In this document: one piece after another, positions 52,950 through 64,000 of the stretch
How positions within the stretch are numbered: the stretch's first letter is position 1
Layout of the letters: the number at the start of each line of letters is the position of its first letter
Assembly: GCA_946965045.2 (NCBI GenBank)
Contig: OX337240.1
Span: forward strand, 2,418,001-2,482,000
DNA from: Epithemia pelagica
Lineage: Eukaryota > Protista > Bacillariophyta
Direction of reading: 5' to 3'
DNA: 64,000 bases
Notes under the pieces: model-generated
The model's database searches: none
Told to the model about the DNA's origin: nothing
Seen by the model: the letters and a program-made list of their open reading frames with translations, nothing else
Translations under genes and position numbers: made by a program

Positions 52950-55799
52950 ATGGGGAAACCAAGCCCTAAGAAACAGTATTCAAAAGCAGGCGCTCAAAAA
53001 CGAGACAGCATGAGTGACAAAGGAAATCTTGACGCTCTTATACTTGCAATAGATGCAGCGGAAGAGCAGTCAGCCAAAGCAGCAGCGGCGCCCGAAGCAG
53101 CAGCAGCCGCAGCACCCGAAGCAGCAGCAACAGACGAAGCGACAACAACAAAGCACCATCGGTTTCTTTCGGATCAAGACTTTGCCGAAGTGAAGGATAA
53201 AAAGCTTGCAGATGTTCGGCGTGGCCATCCAGAGAAGGACCACAGCAAACAGTATTCGGAAACTCAAATGCGGCAGCTCCTCATCGATACGCGCACAGAG
53301 GACTACAAGAAAGGCATCGAGGAAGTGGAGAAACTCCCTTCTCGTTCTGGACGGGATCCAATCAGGACTTTCACCGAAGGCCTCAAGACGCTCTCCAAGA
53401 TCAAAGACAGTGCTGTACTTGCCTGTGCTATGGGAGAGTATGTCTCACGGAAGATTTCGGCCACTTTTTCGGTCCAAGAAGCTCCAATTCGGAAGCCCGG
53501 TTCTGGCTTGCTAAAGGGGAAGATTGTGCCACTTTCGAGTGGAATGGGTCTCCCTGTCAAGAAGAACAGAAAACATACCTTCCCGATCGGCAAGCATGTC
53601 GGTTACACATTTGCAAACAATCCGGTAGTCAAGATCTACCTTGGAAAAATGCTTCTGTTTGAGGTGAAGGAGTCAAAACTCCCAGGCGCCGGGTTTGGCG
53701 TTTTTGCAGTTCGGACAATCAAAGATGGTGAAGTGATTGGTGCGTACACGGGAAACGACGTCACGTCTCGGACAGTTGTACCCAACGAGTACGCGATTCA
53801 GTTCGGACGTGACAATCGAAGGCTTCAAGCAGACAACGACGATCACTTCGGCATGGGGCTGCACTTAATCAACGACCACCAACACCATCTGTACGGTACA
53901 GACAATCCACCGGATGAATCGGACGACGGTTACAACGTGAGAATCATGCCGAATCTTCTAGTTAAGGCAATCAAAAATATTGAGCCGGGCGACGAGCTGT
54001 CTTTGTTTTATAACCTTACGGACGAATCGCCGACGTCCTCCGAACAGGTTATCCGACCGTCGACGAAAGGTGACGACGACGAAGACGAGGGAAAGAAACG
54101 CGGTCGACCCAGTGATGAAAATGAAGACGACGGGAAAAAAACAAAGAAGCCTGTCTTAACTTCTCCTTCTACTGTTTTCCGTCCAGTTGCTACTGTTGCT
54201 CGTCCTCCTTCTCCGCCTCCTCCGCAATACGTTTCTGAGCACTACAATTCGCCCCCTCAGCTGCCGCCGCATTATCCTCCGCAATATTATCACCATCCTC
54301 CGCCGCAGTACAATTATCCTCCGCCGCAGTACAATTACCCTCCGCCGCAGTACAATCATCATCCTCCGCCGCATTATCCTTATCCTCCGCCGCATTATCC
54401 TCATCCTCCGACGAGTCATCCTCCGCCGCAGTACCATGGACATCCTCCGTCCTACAATCAACCCAACTATGGAGGTTACGGGGGGACTCTACCTTCATCG
54501 CTCCATCATCAGCAGCAACAACAACGCACGACCCAGCCGGTCGAAGGCTCACCCCACCTCCTTCCGAGCAATCCCATCCCACCTGCAGCACAAGCTCAAC
54601 CCGTGCTCCTTCCCAGCAGTCCCGTCCTACCTGCAGCACAAGCTCAACCCGCCACTCAAGCCAATCCCAGCCCTAGTACTGGAATGTTCGTACCAGTGGT
54701 AATGGCAGAAGATGACACGGATAGTATTTTTGAGGAGATGGAAGCGATCGATGCGAAAGCGAAGGAGAATGAGCGTTTCGAGAAAATGAAGTTGTTACAT
54801 AGAGAATTGCGCTCGAAGTATTTCAAATGGCTGTACGATATTGAAAACAAAATGTATCGAGGATATTTTTTGACAACTCCGCCAGATCTCCTCGAAATGT
54901 TGGAGAATGCGTGGCACAGCACAGGCTTGGACCAGAAAGGAAAGGGCAAATTTTTCAAATCTGTTCAAGACTACACACCAAATTTGTTGATGGCAATGAT
55001 GGAACATGAGGGAATGGTGTCCAACATTCGGTACTTCGGCCACGTTAACCCCGAACATGCTGCAAAGGTCACGGCCAATTTCAAGCAGCTGCTTGCCTCA
55101 GCTCTCTATGGGATGAACTACGCAAAAGATGATTCATTTGCGGACCAAATCAACATTCACCTTTCGTTCATGAAGACCACAGAGGCAAAAGTTCAAGAAC
55201 CTCACATCGACTTCTTGTTCCAGAGCGTAACAGGGAACATGTCCGAAGGTCCCAAAACGCCCTCCGGGAAGCAACCAATCAAAAAGACTCGGAGAGCGAA
55301 TGCAGATCTGCCACTCCGGGAACGCATGCCTTTTATTGTTTTCATGCCCCTGGCGGAGGAGGGTATGTCCGTTGAATTGTGGAGTTTCCGCGGTGAGAAG
55401 CACAAGGATTATATGAACGAGCTGGGTAAAGTGGTACATATCCCATATGGCACGTTTCTCCTCGTTCGAGGAGATACTGTCCATGCTGGTGGCTTTAAGA
55501 CTGGGGAGATGGGGAATCCACGTGCACATTTCTACGTGTACCAAGGAAAAGATGGGACCGTTCACGATCCCATGCCAAAGAACACCTACAACCTTCCTTC
55601 TGGAGAAAGCAGGCTTTCCGACTACTACTTCCATGACAAAGACATCCCTGGTGTTCGCCGAAGTGGGCTCGTTGGGGTTAAGCTTTGGGTCGGGGACAAG
55701 CGTGTTTGCGTCCTAAGTGACAATCCTCGTAAGGTGCTTGTGGCCGCGAATTATAAACCTGGTAAGAAGATCGCGAGCAAAGAAGCCGATCAAACTTAG
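52950..55799 (+). CDS. SET domain + Pro/Tyr/His-rich linker + putative 2OG-Fe(II) dioxygenase fusion protein
   Basis: SET motifs FEVKES..GAGFGVFA, IGAYTG, HLIND and KAIKNIEPGDELSLFY (about 53658-54013). Dioxygenase motifs HID (55203-55211), HAGG (55482) and NPRAHFYV. Confidence 0.75.
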   Translation: MGKPSPKKQYSKAGAQKRDSMSDKGNLDALILAIDAAEEQSAKAAAAPEAAAAAAPEAAATDEATTTKHHRFLSDQDFAEVKDKKLADVRRGHPEKDHSKQYSETQMRQLLIDTRTEDYKKGIEEVEKLPSRSGRDPIRTFTEGLKTLSKIKDSAVLACAMGEYVSRKISATFSVQEAPIRKPGSGLLKGKIVPLSSGMGLPVKKNRKHTFPIGKHVGYTFANNPVVKIYLGKMLLFEVKESKLPGAGFGVFAVRTIKDGEVIGAYTGNDVTSRTVVPNEYAIQFGRDNRRLQADNDDHFGMGLHLINDHQHHLYGTDNPPDESDDGYNVRIMPNLLVKAIKNIEPGDELSLFYNLTDESPTSSEQVIRPSTKGDDDEDEGKKRGRPSDENEDDGKKTKKPVLTSPSTVFRPVATVARPPSPPPPQYVSEHYNSPPQLPPHYPPQYYHHPPPQYNYPPPQYNYPPPQYNHHPPPHYPYPPPHYPHPPTSHPPPQYHGHPPSYNQPNYGGYGGTLPSSLHHQQQQQRTTQPVEGSPHLLPSNPIPPAAQAQPVLLPSSPVLPAAQAQPATQANPSPSTGMFVPVVMAEDDTDSIFEEMEAIDAKAKENERFEKMKLLHRELRSKYFKWLYDIENKMYRGYFLTTPPDLLEMLENAWHSTGLDQKGKGKFFKSVQDYTPNLLMAMMEHEGMVSNIRYFGHVNPEHAAKVTANFKQLLASALYGMNYAKDDSFADQINIHLSFMKTTEAKVQEPHIDFLFQSVTGNMSEGPKTPSGKQPIKKTRRANADLPLRERMPFIVFMPLAEEGMSVELWSFRGEKHKDYMNELGKVVHIPYGTFLLVRGDTVHAGGFKTGEMGNPRAHFYVYQGKDGTVHDPMPKNTYNLPSGESRLSDYYFHDKDIPGVRRSGLVGVKLWVGDKRVCVLSDNPRKVLVAANYKPGKKIASKEADQT

Positions 55800-56325
55800 A
55801 TCTTTCCTCGTGGTGAAAGTGTGTTATTGTTGAAAAAGAATACCATGGTACGTTGAGTTGCAGTATGACATTAAGATTTATTAGTTTATTCCTTCATATT
55901 ATACTTTAGTACATTGTCGTGTTTGTTTCCATGAAGTGTCGAAAACGCAAAATATGAGATAAGAATCATAGCTCGTCTGGGACCAATCACGAACTCCCTC
56001 GTACATCCATACGAGACGCGCCCGCAAACCGGGACCCAACTGCCGACACTGGGAAGCTGGATGACGACGATGACGATGATGATGACCATGACAATCACGA
56101 CCATAACGATGATGAAGAGGACAAACGGGATGAGCGATGATAGCTACAACAAGGACGACTACAATACAACGACGACAATGATAGCCACGACAATGACGAG
56201 GACTTGGACGACGACAATAATGATAATCACAACAAGAACGACTGTAGAAGCACTACAAGTACCATGATGACAAATCGATTCATATTTAGTGATTAAGGAT
56301 ACCTAAAACGTCCATCAGTAGATAT

Positions 56326-57232
56326 CTAGTACGCCTCGTCCTCATGATCCAAGTAATCGGGACCAAAAAGCCCGTTTTGCTGCGTACCGATGAAGTCTTC
56401 TTGGGTCTCGAGAAATCCATCATCGGCATACGAATCAATGGATGTCCGGTATGCACGGGAAGGATTGCTAAAGAACAAAGGAGGAGACGACGGGATGTTT
56501 TCTCCCAATGCCAGCGACTCATTCAAAGTCTGGCGAGGGTCTGTCGCTCCACTTTCCTTCACCTGTTCCTCAGCAATCCGACGCTGGAAAGCATGCTTCT
56601 GGGAGGGGGTCAGTGCGAAAGCTCGAGACGCCACCTTCGGGGAAGAAGTTACTTTCTTCGGGGTCACATAAGACTCTGGAGTCTTGTTCTCGACGTCGTC
56701 CTCCTTCTTGATCTCCTTCTCGGGCTTGCTGTCGGGCTTGTTGTCGGGCTTGCTGTTGGGTTTGGTGTCTGTGGCAGCAGAGGGCGCGTCGTGAGAAAGG
56801 GAGACTCAAAACCAACAATGAACAATCAAACTTACCTTCTTTGCCGACAGCCTCGATCGCAAGGAGCTCTGCCGCGATATCCGACAGGTTAGCGCATTCG
56901 ACGTCCTTGTTGCTGACGAAGAACACTGGGATACCATCTTCATCCCCAATGGTGAGTTGCCACTGTTTTGCGCGCTCGTGCCACGACGAAGGACCCTCAA
57001 GGTTGAAGGTCACATGCTTCTTTGTCGAAGCGGGACACTTCGTCGTCGTCGTCTTCTTCTTCTTCGACGTTTTGTTGTCCACGGCCGTCTTTGTCTTCAT
57101 TTTCTTGTTTGCCTTGTTTCCCTTGTTTCCCTTGTCGGAGGGAAATGCGGTTGTGGAGGGAGCTGCGGCGGAGTCCTCCTGCTCCTTCTTCGCAGACTCA
57201 GCTCGTTTGGTAGCACTACGCGTCTGGCGCAT
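56326..57232 (-). CDS. two-exon hypothetical cargo protein (279 aa; intron 56769-56835)
   Basis: ATG at 57232. A 67-nt GTAAG...CAG intron joins ORF 56570..57322 in frame to ORF 56326..56667. Lys-rich N-terminus and acidic C-terminus. Confidence 0.7.
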
Positions 57233-57403
57233 CGTTGGAAAGTGAGAACACAATAGGGATTCGTTCGTTTGATTGTTGTGTTTGTTTGTTTGATTGTTGC
57301 CCGCTCTCCGTTCTTGTGTCATCTAGGGAATCCCCCCGCGCTCATTCGTGAACAATATCGGCGCGCGCCACAAAATCAACTTGCAGCATGAAGCAACTTC
57401 CGA

Positions 57404-57976
57404 ATGACCCGCCGTGCAATGGAACAATCAAACAGAGACGACAGGAAGAGGCAAGGAAGAAGAAACAAGATGACCAACATGAGGACGAAGTTCGAGTTCA
57501 ACGAAGAGGATGGCCGTGAGGGTGGTGCTGGTCTCCCGTTCAAGTCGTGCTTTTATGCCAGCGATGTTTGCGCGCTCATCGGGCCCATGTCGAGAAACAA
57601 GGACACTGGCCACAACATCGTCGACCGTGGCCATCTGCTTGTGCAGCGGGAGCTTGCGACCGACTACCTACGGATTGCAGTCTTTGACCGGGATGCAACA
57701 AGCGAGCATGAGGAACCAGCGTTGGTTGTTCCAGTTGGGTTCATTGCTCTGTCGCACCTGGACCAGGTCTCTGGAAAGACGAGCAAGAACGGACCTCCCA
57801 TGGGACGCATCCGCCTCTACACACGCTGCTCCATCAACCCTAAAGCCTGCATGGAACCCCAGGTCGTTACAATCTACATGGGCAGCAAGGATATGGATCG
57901 CTTCAACATTTCGCTTGGTGCGATGATGCTCAAGCACCCGCTTCAAAATCTCTTCTTTAATCATCAACAAGCCTAG
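57404..57976 (+). CDS. hypothetical cargo protein (190 aa), divergent from the previous gene
   Basis: ATG-initiated ORF with globular-looking composition inside the TIRs. Confidence 0.55.
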   Translation: MTRRAMEQSNRDDRKRQGRRNKMTNMRTKFEFNEEDGREGGAGLPFKSCFYASDVCALIGPMSRNKDTGHNIVDRGHLLVQRELATDYLRIAVFDRDATSEHEEPALVVPVGFIALSHLDQVSGKTSKNGPPMGRIRLYTRCSINPKACMEPQVVTIYMGSKDMDRFNISLGAMMLKHPLQNLFFNHQQA

Positions 57977-58609
57977 ATAGTGAACAATGTAGCAGCGTTT
58001 TATGATTATCATTTGAGTAGGATCTTCATTCTCTATGAATACGATCTAATTCTATAGTTGTGTTACGTTTACCGTACAATACATTGCGTTCAGGTACGGC
58101 TGTGTGAGTCACAACAAAGAAAAGAACATCAATCTTTGTTGTGAACGACGCAACTTCTAGTCTAAGTTCCATATATCTAACGAGAAGAATATCAATTTTT
58201 GACGTGAACAACGCTACAAGTGTTCATAGTCTTTGTTCTATCTTCTATCATTCGATTCTACAATAGAGGTGCATTGGTTGCACCAAGTTTTGCCGTGAGT
58301 CGCCGTAGTAAATCGCGCGGCGACCACCTTCAACTAGATAAAACGACACCTACAAAACGAATGCAGCGCCGACATCGTTCTCCATGCTCAACCCATGAAT
58401 GGAGAAGAGGTTCAGAGCATGGGATCATGGAGCCGTCTCCTATTTGGCAAGAGATCGGTCAAAAGGACCGTTCACCATGGTCAATTTTTGGTAGAACGGT
58501 AGAGGCATAAATAGAAGGGCTATATTAAGGGGATGGCTCGCGCGGATTACGTAGATTTCCTACTGGAGCGCTACGTCAGGAACATTCTGTCTGAACTCAG
58601 CTTGTAGAA

Positions 58610-58640
58610 TTTTTTCTTTAGGGGCTGTTGATGGGGCCTA
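58610..58640 (+). repeat. 31-bp direct repeat of 48850-48880 flanking the DNA transposon
   Basis: TTTTTTCTTTAGGGGCTG(C/T)TGATGGGGCCTA, 30/31 identical. Confidence 0.9.
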
Positions 58641-58641
58641 G

Positions 58642-58704
58642 AAATATAAAGTAGAGCATATCTAACATTATACAATAGCCTAAAGGTCGGTTCTACACTG
58701 TAAA
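58642..58704 (+). repeat. dispersed repeat of about 63 bp, also at 62434-62496
   Basis: Shared ATACAATAGC..AAAGGTCGGTTCTACACTGTAAA. Confidence 0.75.
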
Positions 58705-59030
58705 GCACCTGTACGAGTACTGATTCCATATTTTCCGTCATCTTTTTGTTTTTCGATATATAAAGGAGAGTTGTTGTGTTTGGCGGACAAAGAAACACAG
58801 AGTTCCAATTGAAAGCCATCCTTTGGTCGAGGCACATCCTGCAACGATTGTCACTATTCTTCTTCTTCTTGTTGGCAATCGATTCCTTGCGATTGGCTCT
58901 GGTGGTATTCATAAAGTTGGTCTTTAAGATTGCACCAAGCTGAAGTCCTCTTGATCCCGTTATTCTGAGTGCGAAAACATTAATAAGCACCCCCATAGTC
59001 CACTTTATACAACGGAAAAGTAAGAACATC

Positions 59031-61336
59031 ATGACCGCTCGTCGTACTCCAAGGACAACCTCCAATCATGGCCGGCGGATCCAGCGACTGCAGATTATTT
59101 TGGTACCCGTTTGGATAGTTCTGATTGCAGCAACAGGGACACCAACAGCAGTAAGTCTCAAGACAAGCAAATCAACAACAGGCCTTGTTCCCCACAATCG
59201 TCCTCGTTTGTTGATGGATTCACGGTCGATCGTGTTGGATTCTGTAGCCTCTCTTTTACCATCCTTCTATCAGTCAAAAAGCAAGGTCGAGAAACAACAG
59301 GTCCACAGTCAAGCTTTGGAAAAGGACATGACTCTCCATCATGACGGCTCTTCCGCTACAAGCGACAATGAACCACGCATCCTCAACGAACCAACAGCTG
59401 CTGGTGACACCAATCCAGAGATTGGGCAATTTACTCTGGATCATGAGTCCAGTAGTCATCCATCTCTCATACTTCGCCGTCTTGGAGAGGGAGCAATTCA
59501 GATGGTCAGTTGCAGTATCGTCCACAACAAGACCCTCCACGGACCCAATCCAATCTCTTTCGGGGTAGTTCGTCGTCGTCCTCCTCGAAGAATGTCTTTG
59601 TAAAACAACAACGATGGCATCATCGACGACGACGCTACTATAACAACCGTCGTCGTCGTAGGTCGGTTCGAAATTGGCTCGCTTATTGGTTTGGAAAACC
59701 CAATGGCCGCATCTTTGGTCCCTTACGCACACCCGCACCGACACCAGCGCCAGTGGACGATTCTACGACCACAGCGGCACCAACTCCAGCCGCGGTGCAA
59801 GCAACGCCCGAACCGACACCCGAACCCACAACCGCACCGACACTGGAACCAACACTGGAACCAACACTGGAACCAACACTGGAACCCACTCCGGCCTCGG
59901 TGGACCCGCAGCAGCAAGCCTTTAATATTGTGACACGCAATGTACGAGCCGGTGAGCCAGATGTCGTCACAGAGTTTGATAGCCTTGTCGAAGCGGCGGC
60001 CCGACGATGGGAACAAGTCATTGTGGGAGATTTGGCAGACTATGATCCGGCGGACTTTCCGGGCATTGTTGATTTGTTTGATGGTACCTTTGGTATTGGT
60101 CCCACCAATGAAGATGTCGACGACATTTTGATTGGATACGAATTTACTCCCATCGATGGAGTAAACGGAATCTTGGGATTTGGACGACCGACCTTTGCTG
60201 CGCCACGAAACGGTTCACCGGCTCCCTTGCCCTATGCTGGAGCCATTACTTTGGACGCTGCCGATTTTCAAAATAGCACAGATCTCGACCAATTGCTGAC
60301 GATCATCATTCACGAAATGGGACATGTGCTTGGCATTGGCTTCCTATGGCCCGTTCTATGTGGACAAAATTGTCCCGAAGAAAACCAGGATTACGAGTGC
60401 CCCGCGGCACAAGCAGAATTTCAACAAATCTTTGGTATTGACCAAAGACTCCAAATGAGTCGGGATGAAACCAGAAGAAGCGGCGTTGCCTGTCGAAATT
60501 GGAAAGAAGAACAATTCGCAGATTTGTGGTGGGAAGATGTCATGGCGCGAGGACAATACAGTCCAGGGAAAGAACTTATTCTCAGTAGGATTACCGTGGG
60601 CGCCATGGAAGACCTTGGCTACACAGTCGATTATGCGGGAGCCGATGACATACCGCCCGCTCCATCCTCATCTGACGTCGCTCCGTCATCTTATTTGTCG
60701 TCCAACACAAGGGACTACTTTCTTCAATCGGACCCGATTGATACCATCCAGGAACCTGCAAAGAATGTACTAGTACACGCAAAGGAAACAGACCAAGGAC
60801 TCGACGATGGAACCATTCAAGAAGACGACTCTCCTGGTTCAAAGACGAAAGTCTCTCCGAATATTCCAGGAGAGCAAACTGGCAATAAAGAGCTACCAGT
60901 GGATAACACAAAGAAATCCAAGAACAAAGACACGTCCGAAAGAAAGCACAACACTATAGCTACAGAAGAACATCAGAGGACGCCAGAACAACAGGAAAAG
61001 GACGCACCACATGAACAGCCCACAGAGGAACCACCAAAGGACAGGCGAGCAGAATCGCCCGGCAACGACCACCAAGACGACTCGGAAGGATCGTGGTGGC
61101 AAAACTGCCAAAGAGGGTTCGTGGCAATCGTCGTTCTAGCCTTTGCCTCCATGGGTTGGGTTGCCGTTACGGGACACTTCTCTCAACCTCGTACAAGAAG
61201 AGGTTCTACTCCGGCCCTCGCTGCCGTGGAGCAGAGTGGTCCACCACCCTACCGCCGACAACCACGTGTCTCTCAGCGTCACCACGATGCAATGACTCTA
61301 GACTCTGGAGATTCTCTCCACGTCGTATCGTACTAG
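59031..61336 (+). CDS. leishmanolysin/GP63-like zinc metalloprotease, membrane-anchored; 5' junction near 59500 is an intron or frameshift
   Basis: HEMGHVLGIG at 60311, ITVGAMEDLGY, PTLE repeats and a C-terminal TM helix. The N-terminal hydrophobic segment lies in ORF 59031..59603. Confidence 0.72.
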
Positions 61337-62910
61337 CCATTGTGGCATGTCGGCTAAATAAAGGCCTCCTTGGCTGCCGAATCAGGAACTGCTGTCACTG
61401 TCACGTCTTTCTTCAATTTCGTAGCAAAAGGCCTTGGACCAGTTCTTCTAGTGTTAAACCAGGCATCACCAGCTTGTACATTTGGTTAGGATGCTTGGTA
61501 GGATTGGCCAAATGTTGCGTTTGCTGCGGAAATTGCTTCAATAATCCCTGTGTTTGCTGCTGCAATTGCTTCAATATAATCCCGGCGTTTGCTGCAGCAT
61601 TTGCTGCTGCAATCATTGAAATGGGCCAATTGAACTTGGTGCTTCCGGCTGCTGCAATTGCTGCAATCCCTGCGTGTGCTTGTCATTGTTCAATCCCCCA
61701 GCACCTACCAACCATCCAACCCCAAAACTGACACCGTGAGTTCGGCTGGGGGGTGGCGGCAAGTATGGGAGTGACCAACGCCACAAGCAAGCGTTGGCGC
61801 TTCTTGGATGCTGCAGTGTCGGGTTGTAGTTCCATCCATTTCATTCAAAGGACTTGCACGTCATTCCATGTCGTGCCGACATTCCATGTCGTGCAAGTCC
61901 TTTGAATGAAATTAATGTGACAACCGTTTACAGTGGTCGACCACTTGGTGGGTTCCCTTGGTTTCTTGGCTCACGACCTCTTGTTCCGCAACGACGACAA
62001 CGCCTTGGTCCGACCCACACTTTTGCTTTTGGCCAATCGTCCACTCCAAGCCACCCACCCACATTCGGCCGCATTCGCTCTCTTCCCGCAACTGGAGTTT
62101 GCCCAACCAACCAGCCAACCTCGTCGCCAGAGCCAACAACAAAACGAGGTCTCCCAATGTTGCGATCCGGAGGCCAACATCCTCTTCTCTCGCTCGGTCA
62201 CTCCATGGCCTCCCACCCAAAAAGTGCGCTGTGCCACAAAACTCGCTCCGGGGATCCGCACTACTACCCAGCTGGTCAACATGGCTTCCCCACACTTTGC
62301 ATTCGCCTCACCCTGTCCAGTGTCCAGTCATCGATGGGGAGTAACCAATTCCTTGTAAAAGCTAAAAGAGAGTGATCAATTTTGCGGGTTGATGGTTGGT
62401 AGGTGATGGGGATTGAAGAATGACAATGCCCAAAAATACATAGGAGGGCATATATAATAGTATACAATAGCTCAAAGGTCGGTTCTACACTGTAAACTGT
62501 AAAGTACTCGTACTCGTAACTCTCGTACCCGTACTTGTACGACAACCCTGACCAATAACAACCCGTGATTCGATCTAAGGATATTAGGACCAACTGTTAT
62601 GCGACTGAAAGTGGCATTGGTCGCCTTGGAAATGCCTTCGCAATTCTCTTGGGCCCAATCATGATCTTGCCCGTCTCACAAAACTCTATAAACACACACA
62701 CACAAAAGCAAGAGTCACACGAGTCCTTCTTGCCCGTTCTCTCTCTATTATGCGAGCGGACGAACATTCCCTGCGCCGCTAGATGTGCCACAATTTCCCA
62801 GAACAACGTTTGACGCACATGACAGCGCAACCACAGGACCGAGCGGACACACCCAAGTGGAAGAAGAAGAACAAGGGAGGAGGGAAACAAACTACTACTA
62901 ATAAAAGGTG

Positions 62911-64000
62911 TCATGGTCCCTTGTGTTGTCTGTCATTCCAACGAAGACCAAAACCCGCAAAGGGTGGTGATGGTGACATTGTTCCCAAAGATGCATCGCG
63001 CCGAGGAGTGTTGCGACGGTTCAGCATGCCGGAACGGACGCACTGGGATGGAGAAGAGACCACCACGCTGGTGATGCCAAAGGATAGTCGGACGGGGTGT
63101 CTGATTGCCCCCTCCAAGGATTCCGTCCGCCGCATGCGAGGGATTGGCGCATTGGGCATGGAAGATCCCGTCTTTGGTAGTGGTCAGCCACGTCGACTGT
63201 CGCATCCGTCGCAGGTCTATGAAGACATGAGTCTGGGCGATATTCCCCGAGATATGCAAGATTTGATTAGTGTGGCGTCCGATCCAACCGCGCTCATGGA
63301 CAGTGGCTTGGATTCCCAACTCTTTCATTCCAGTCTGGGCGGGTGTGACCTGCAACACAGTCTCTCCGACTTTTCCTGGGCCACCTTGGTGGCGCCCGTA
63401 GAAACGTTGCTGCATTCCTCTCAGGGTACCAACAGTTTCGCCAGTTCTTCCAGGTTGAAAAACGCCAAACCCAACCAACCATATTGTAGCAGCAAAGTGG
63501 ATCCTTGGGGCACCATGAATTGGAAAAGGATACAACCCAGAAACATCTCGTTGTCCGATGCCGCATCGGCGACATCGGAAACGCAACACTCGACCACACG
63601 GGCCGAGAAAAGAAGCGGCGTCGTGTCCCTCACGTTGGGTGATTTGACCGCAACAACACCACGGCTCATTCGCCGAGCCAGGCATGGTGGTGGGGAGCGA
63701 CCACCACCATGCTCGGCCCCGAAGCAACCGAGTGAGGCGAGACAAAGGAGTCAACCCATCAATGCCCATACGCTGTATTGGAAACAAAGATCGCACACCA
63801 GTTCCGTATCTTCTTCGTCATCGTCGTCGTCCACGACCTTGAGAAATACGATTGCTCCCTTGTACCAACTCTCCAACAACAACACGAGACAACGAAGGGG
63901 ATCCACGGGCGATATTTCCCTTCATCTCTCCTCCTCCTCAGCCTCATCCTCCTGTTGCCACTTGAAGCAACGGTTGGATCTGCCGACTCCTCGACAGACT
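62911..64000 (-). pseudogene. 3' part of a fragmented hypothetical gene running in from beyond the window end
   Basis: Coding-like minus-strand frames with a hydrophobic segment (FLGCILFQFMVPQGSTLLLQYGWLGLAFF) broken by stops and frameshifts. Confidence 0.25.

Larger units (their letters stand above)
48881..58604 (+). mobile_element. 9.7-kb IS630/Tc1-like DNA transposon with cargo genes
   Basis: 34-bp TIRs at 48881-48914 and 58571-58604 (31/34 match), TA at 48879-48880 and 58605-58606, and an internal DDE transposase. Confidence 0.85.

Noticed and set aside
61413-61700. Q/A-rich minus-strand ORFs as a gene
   Set aside because: Degenerate low-complexity repeats with short broken frames and no domain.
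61931-62492. Possible TA-flanked MITE (TACAGTG...CACTGTA)
   Set aside because: Only about 5-7 bp of terminal match, too weak to call without other copies.

Overview
Eukaryotic, most likely diatom, genomic window. The basis is CoDi-style Ty1/copia elements, an SLC34 Na/Pi transporter and a short GT-AG intron; no rRNA, tRNA or CRISPR was seen. About 40 of the 64 kb is mobile DNA. There are four Ty1/copia LTR retrotransposons: one decayed and cut by the window edge, and three with both LTRs and 5-bp target-site duplications. There are also two non-autonomous TIR elements (TTAA-flanked and TA-flanked) and a 9.7-kb TA-flanked IS630/Tc1-like DNA transposon (48881-58604). That transposon carries three cargo genes, including a SET-domain/2OG-Fe(II)-dioxygenase fusion. 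Other genes include a Crinkler/RHS-type NTPase-REase, an HNH-like nuclease, an SLC34 transporter split by a young retrotransposon, a THUMP RNA methyltransferase and a leishmanolysin-like metalloprotease. Highlights: (1) the cargo-laden DNA transposon with a possible chromatin writer/eraser fusion; (2) a copia element whose primer-binding site is perfectly complementary to its own LTR, suggesting Tf1-like self-priming; (3) a -1 frameshift signal and non-TG/CA termini in other copia elements; (4) a twice-repeated rod-like hairpin with periodic purine-rich 5x5 loops. All family assignments come from motif recognition by eye; no database search was run.
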